Source: Balanoglossus misakiensis
Taxonomy: Eukaryota; Animalia; Hemichordata
Direction of reading: 5' to 3'
Assembly (NCBI GenBank): GCA_040954595.2
Contig: CM082592.2
Location: 1,674,001 to 1,738,000, forward strand
DNA length: 64,000 nucleotides
Under the pieces are notes generated by a model that saw nothing but the letters and a program-made list of their open reading frames with translations, was not told the origin of the DNA and made no database searches. Shown here piece after piece: positions 59,897 to 64,000 of the stretch (position 1 is its first letter; each line of letters starts with the position of its first letter). Made by a program: the position numbers and the translations under genes.

Positions 59897-62580
59897 CCAT
59901 CTACGTGGACACACCTTAGACCTTGTTATCACAAATTCTGATAAAGTTGTTGATTCCTTTTTTGTTGATGCCCACAATATCTCCGATCATAGTCCAGTCC
60001 ATGCGAAATTGGTGTTTCCAAAGCCACCCATTACCAGACGTGAAGTGACAAATCGCCAGATATCAGCAATCTCTACAAGTGATTTTAGAGATGACATAGC
60101 CTCAATTCCGGAAGTATGTCAACCGCCATCTAGCGTGCAGTCTGCCATTTCAACATATAATACCAACCTGTCTCATTTGCTGAATAAGCACGCACCTCTT
60201 AGGACACGCATCATCGTTGATCGTCCGAATGCAAAGTGGTATACCAGTGAGATAGATCAGGCAAAGAGACAGCGTAGATCTGCAGAACGGAAATGGAGGA
60301 ATACAAGACTAGAAATACACTACCAAATTAACAAGGAACATTTTTGTCAAGTCAACAGCCTGATACGTAATTGTCATGCATTGGAAGATGATCGCGTCGA
60401 CGTCGCATTTGAAACATAGATATTGAACGAGCCGCCATATATCACTGCGTCGCTAAATATACCGCCCGTTGTCGCCGCTTCCATCTGACACGTGCTTGAA
60501 CTGACGGAACCAGAAATTGCCCGATTTTCGACTTGTTTGGATGAACATGGAGCGAGGATGTTTGACATCTCTTCCTGCTGTCTGAGCGAGGCGGTGGCGT
60601 AGTTGTTGACCGACTGCAGCTGACTGTGGCCCGATAACTGTTGCACTTGGGTCGGTGGAATACCGGCGTGCAACAATTTCATGATGGCTGTTTTTCTCAT
60701 CAATCAATCAATCAGAGAAATGTGTATAGCGCCAGTATCTATAACAAGTGTCATACTCAAAGGCGCTTGTGCTCATTGGCCCACACCATATGCTCTTGCG
60801 AAATAATGCGTCTTCAGTCTTTTCTTAAAGATACTCAAACTTGGAGCTTGGCGAATGTCTTGTGGCAGAGAGTTACACAGTTTCGGTGCAGCATGAGAGA
60901 ATGCTCGGCCACCGTATGATGAACGTTTGTACATTGTAGTGCATAAAATGCTCTTATTAGCGACCAGGAGAATATGTCCGAATGAGATCGCGGATATAGT
61001 TCGGAGCGAGATTATTTAAGGCTTTGTATGTGAGCAGAATAATTTTATACTCGATCCTGTAGCGAACCAAATTATGATGAAGAAGTTGAAAAACTGGCGT
61101 TATATGGGCAGACTTCCTGGACCGAGTTATGATTCTTGCAGCTGTATTTTGTGTGCGTTGTAGAAGGTTCAGACTGCTTTCTGGTAGACCATACAGTAAT
61201 GCATTACCATAGTCGAGTTTCGCTGCCAAAATAGCATGAAATCACTGTTTGACATGTGTCTTTGTTAAGAAATTTCCTGATTTGTCCGACACGGCGAAAG
61301 TGGTAATATATTGATTGACAAGTTTTCTTGATGTGATCTTTATACATGTGCGTATTGTCAAATATTACACCAATATTGCGAGCTGATTTAACGACGGGAA
61401 CAGAGCTTGAACCAATGTTAATCTTGTCAATAGCATCAGCAGAGTGATGAAATTGTGAACGAATAAGTAGAATCTCAGTTTTGGAGTCGTTGAGTTGAAG
61501 CTTGTTTTGGGTCATCCAGTCCTTAAGATCACGGATACTGGCCTCAATGGATGCTATAGCGGAAGATGAATCGATGTGAGAGAAGGCAAGGTAAATATGA
61601 TTGTCATCTGCATATTGATGAAATTGTAGGTTGTTCTGACGAATAAGCTTTCCCAACGGAAAAATATAGATTGTGAACAAAATGGGGCCAAGAACTGAAC
61701 CCTGTGGCACTCCAAAACGAACATGTGATGGTTGACTGGTGATCTTGTCTATTATTATGGATTGGTCTCGATTTTTGAGTTAGGATGCAAGAGTGCCATA
61801 TCAGTAATGCCAAGACTGGATAGCCTTCTTAACAGTAGATCGTGGTCGATGGTGTCGAAGGCAGCCGATAAATCCAACAGAATAAGGAGTACACATTTTC
61901 CAGAATCGATGGCTAAGCAGATGTCAGTGTGAACTTTTAGTAGAGCTGTTTCGGTGCTATGATACTTCCTGTATGCAGACTGCAATGGTTCCATTAGTGA
62001 ATTCGTGGTGAGATATGTATTGAGTTGAACGGCAACGATCTTCTCGAGGAACTTTAAGAGAAATGGCAGGTTACAAACTGGTCGATAGTTTTTAAGTATG
62101 TTATTATCCAGGGTGGTCTTTTTGATTAGTGGTGTAACAACTGCATGTTTGAAGGATTGTGGAACGTCACCGGATTGTAGAGATATATTTATTGTATTGG
62201 TCATGAATGGTAGCAGCACATCCAGGCTCTCTTTAAGTAGTGAAGTTGGAATCGGGTCAAGGCAGCAGGATTTCGTTGGAGACTTTGTGATGATGTGAAG
62301 TACTTGTTGACTATCAACTGGCTGAAAAGTATTCAGAGTAGCACCGCTGTGCGCTTCTAAGTTGTTGAATTTGGTGGATATTTTGCTATTGTCCAAGGTG
62401 ATACGAATGTCGTCAATTTTCTGAATAAAATACTGGTTGAACCGATCTAAAAGTTCTGTAGTTGACGTATGATTTGGAAGCTGTCTTGGGTTGCTGAACA
62501 ATGTTGAAATTGTCCGGATTAAAGATTTCTGATCTTTGGCATTTTCCTCTATAAGATTGGTGTAGTAGTTGCACTTGGTC
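59897..62580. mobile_element. L2-clade LINE in two orientations: 59897-60370 (+) and 60701-62580 (-)
   Basis: The + piece reads GHTLDLVIT..SDH..HAPL..WYT..AERKWR..VNSLIR. The - piece continues KTKCNYY..NYRPVCNLPFL..DLSAAFD..PQGSVLGP..YADD..LDYGNALLYG and ends in a (TTGA)n tail at 60701-60713. Confidence 0.92.
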
Positions 62581-62722
62581 TTCCCCCACCACCGTACAAA
62601 CGCCGCCGCCGTGCAGTCATTTGTGACTCTTCTTCCTCATCAGAAAATTCCCAGGAATGATCAGACTTTGAGACTCTTTTTGAACTTTGAAATGAATTGG
62701 CCTCTGATTTCATACCGATTTT

Positions 62723-63682
62723 AATAATAATAATAATTTTATTCCACTTGCACTACAGGCCTCTAGCCCAATGTACTGGAATATTTTAAATACATTTCAG
62801 GAAAAAAATAAAATGTTACAGAACACAGTGACCTTGAGAGTGTTAAGATTTGCAGGGGTTTCTTTTACAGTGAAAACAAGAACCAGCACTTTCCCGGAAG
62901 TCAGTTCGCCAACTCCTTCCTTTTGTTAAAGGCATAAAATAAGTAAAGGCTTAGCTTTCTTAGGATATTCGGATTTTGTGTTGACATAATTTGCATAAAT
63001 TTATCAATAGAAGGGTTGGTAAGAAATTGAGCAGGTAAGTATTTTACCCTGATGGTATCGTATAACTTACATTGTAATAAAAAGTGGTATTCATTTTCTA
63101 TGTACCCATCGTTACAAATACACAACCTGTCTTCACGTGGGGTGTTATTTCGTCTACCTTGTTCAATATGAAGTGGATGGTTAGATAACCGAAAAGAAGT
63201 TAAGGTAGCTCTAAAAATAGGCTTCAGGGTGGTGAGGAGGTATGGTTCTATCAATAGAGTAGATTTAAAAAGTCTATATGATTGCAGCCTGTTGTAAGTA
63301 CCAATTTCCACGTTCCAGTCTTGCAGTTCTATGTCTGTACAACGCTGTCTAAATTCCGAAAGGAATTTTGTCTCGTTACCCACTCCCTGATTATACCATG
63401 CCTCCGCAAACCCATATGAGAACAGGAGAGATCTCACAGCTTTTGCCCAACATTCACAATTTCTTTCAGCCAGTTTACATTGCTCTTGGTACGCATGAAA
63501 AATATATCTATTAGTAACAGCGTTTGTTAAACGTAACCAGAACTTTATCATTTTTGGAAGTCTTAGCGTTCTCATGCTAAATCTTCCCAACTCCCCTCTT
63601 ACTGCAATATTGACAACTGGACCATGTTGGTGTAAGAGAAACTTACAACCTTTAAATGAATTCTTTCAAGATCAGGCGCTTG
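62723..63682 (-). mobile_element. RTEX-clade LINE, 5'-truncated, with 13-bp TSD
   Basis: ORF 62901-63590 (RGELGR..FRLSNHPLHIEQGR..RLCIC..ENEYHFLLQC). Short tail seen as (aat)n on + at ~62723. TSD tcataccgatttt at 62710-62722 and 63683-63695. Confidence 0.9.
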
Positions 63683-64000
63683 TCATACCGATTTTGAATC
63701 CCATCGTAATGTTCATGACGTTCACTTGATTTTTGCATGATAGAGAGCGGTTGACCTCCTTGAACAATTTACTATTTAAAACATCTTTGACTTACCGATG
63801 TTGTCGTTTCCTACCCTTATTTAACATCTTTACAGTTATCCTCATATTTTTATATCACCGCAACGCTACACTTAAAAATGGCGCGTCATGTCAACATCAT
63901 CAGTCATGAATGAAGCCGATTTACAATGTTAATAAAATATCAATGCGCTAAGCGGAATAAAATAATTCATTAAAATTAAAATGTTCTCGCTTTAATTTTT

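Larger units (their letters stand above)
58787..62700 (+). mobile_element. Crypton (DUF3504-type tyrosine recombinase) transposon remnant, split by an L2 insertion and an inversion
   Basis: + strand 59066-59896 gives YEPDTL..GRGNKPQAA..TPEALFNAVW..GFRGGQE..TKT..CP..WFKKSPMGRNKL..NHS. - strand 60700-60371 gives MRKTAIMKL..LSGHSQLQSVNNYA. + strand 62581-62660 gives PPPYKRRRRAVICDSSS. Hairpin-type terminus at 58787-58887. Confidence 0.88.

Noticed and set aside
59897-62580. Twin-priming 5' inversion of the L2
   Set aside because: The inverted block includes ~330 bp of flanking Crypton DNA and the L2 3' tail, so it post-dates insertion.
59066-62660. Host ZMYM/QRICH1/KCTD1-type DUF3504 gene
   Set aside because: Intronless, frameshifted, retains YR catalytic motifs and sits beside a Crypton-type hairpin terminus.
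136-63590. Most short ORFs (60-150 aa) in the supplied track
   Set aside because: They are antisense or alternative frames of TE and exon sequence or lie in AT-rich repeats, many with non-ATG starts and no recognisable motifs.

Overview
This is AT-rich eukaryotic DNA, metazoan and probably from a marine invertebrate (inferred from GT-AG introns and the L2/RTEX/Academ/Crypton/Helentron repertoire). I found no tRNA, rRNA, CRISPR or prokaryotic gene organisation. The one host gene I can reconstruct is a 29-exon + strand gene (6751-26395, about 2,030 codons in the window, 5' end not present). It encodes a large uncharacterised FN3-like repeat protein with an embedded DUF642/CBM-like galactose-binding-type domain. 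It appears recently disabled by a frameshift, an in-frame TGA and loss of an exon next to an inserted Academ transposon. The rest is a dense, nested transposon field: three L2 LINEs, two RTEX LINEs, a Proto2-like LINE, a DIRS recombinase fragment, an intron-containing piggyBac, Academ elements of both 3-bp and 9-bp TSD types, Crypton elements, Kolobok/Harbinger MITEs and Helentron-type HINEs. The most informative structures are a 2.2-kb inversion reconstructable to the base from an interleaved Crypton and L2, a 463-bp templated insertion with a 15-bp flanking duplication, ~0.5-kb inverted arms 10 kb apart that supply each other's empty insertion sites, duplicated remnants of an unidentified minus-strand gene, and TE-borne CTCF-like motifs. 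TE family names are from motif recognition, not database searches.
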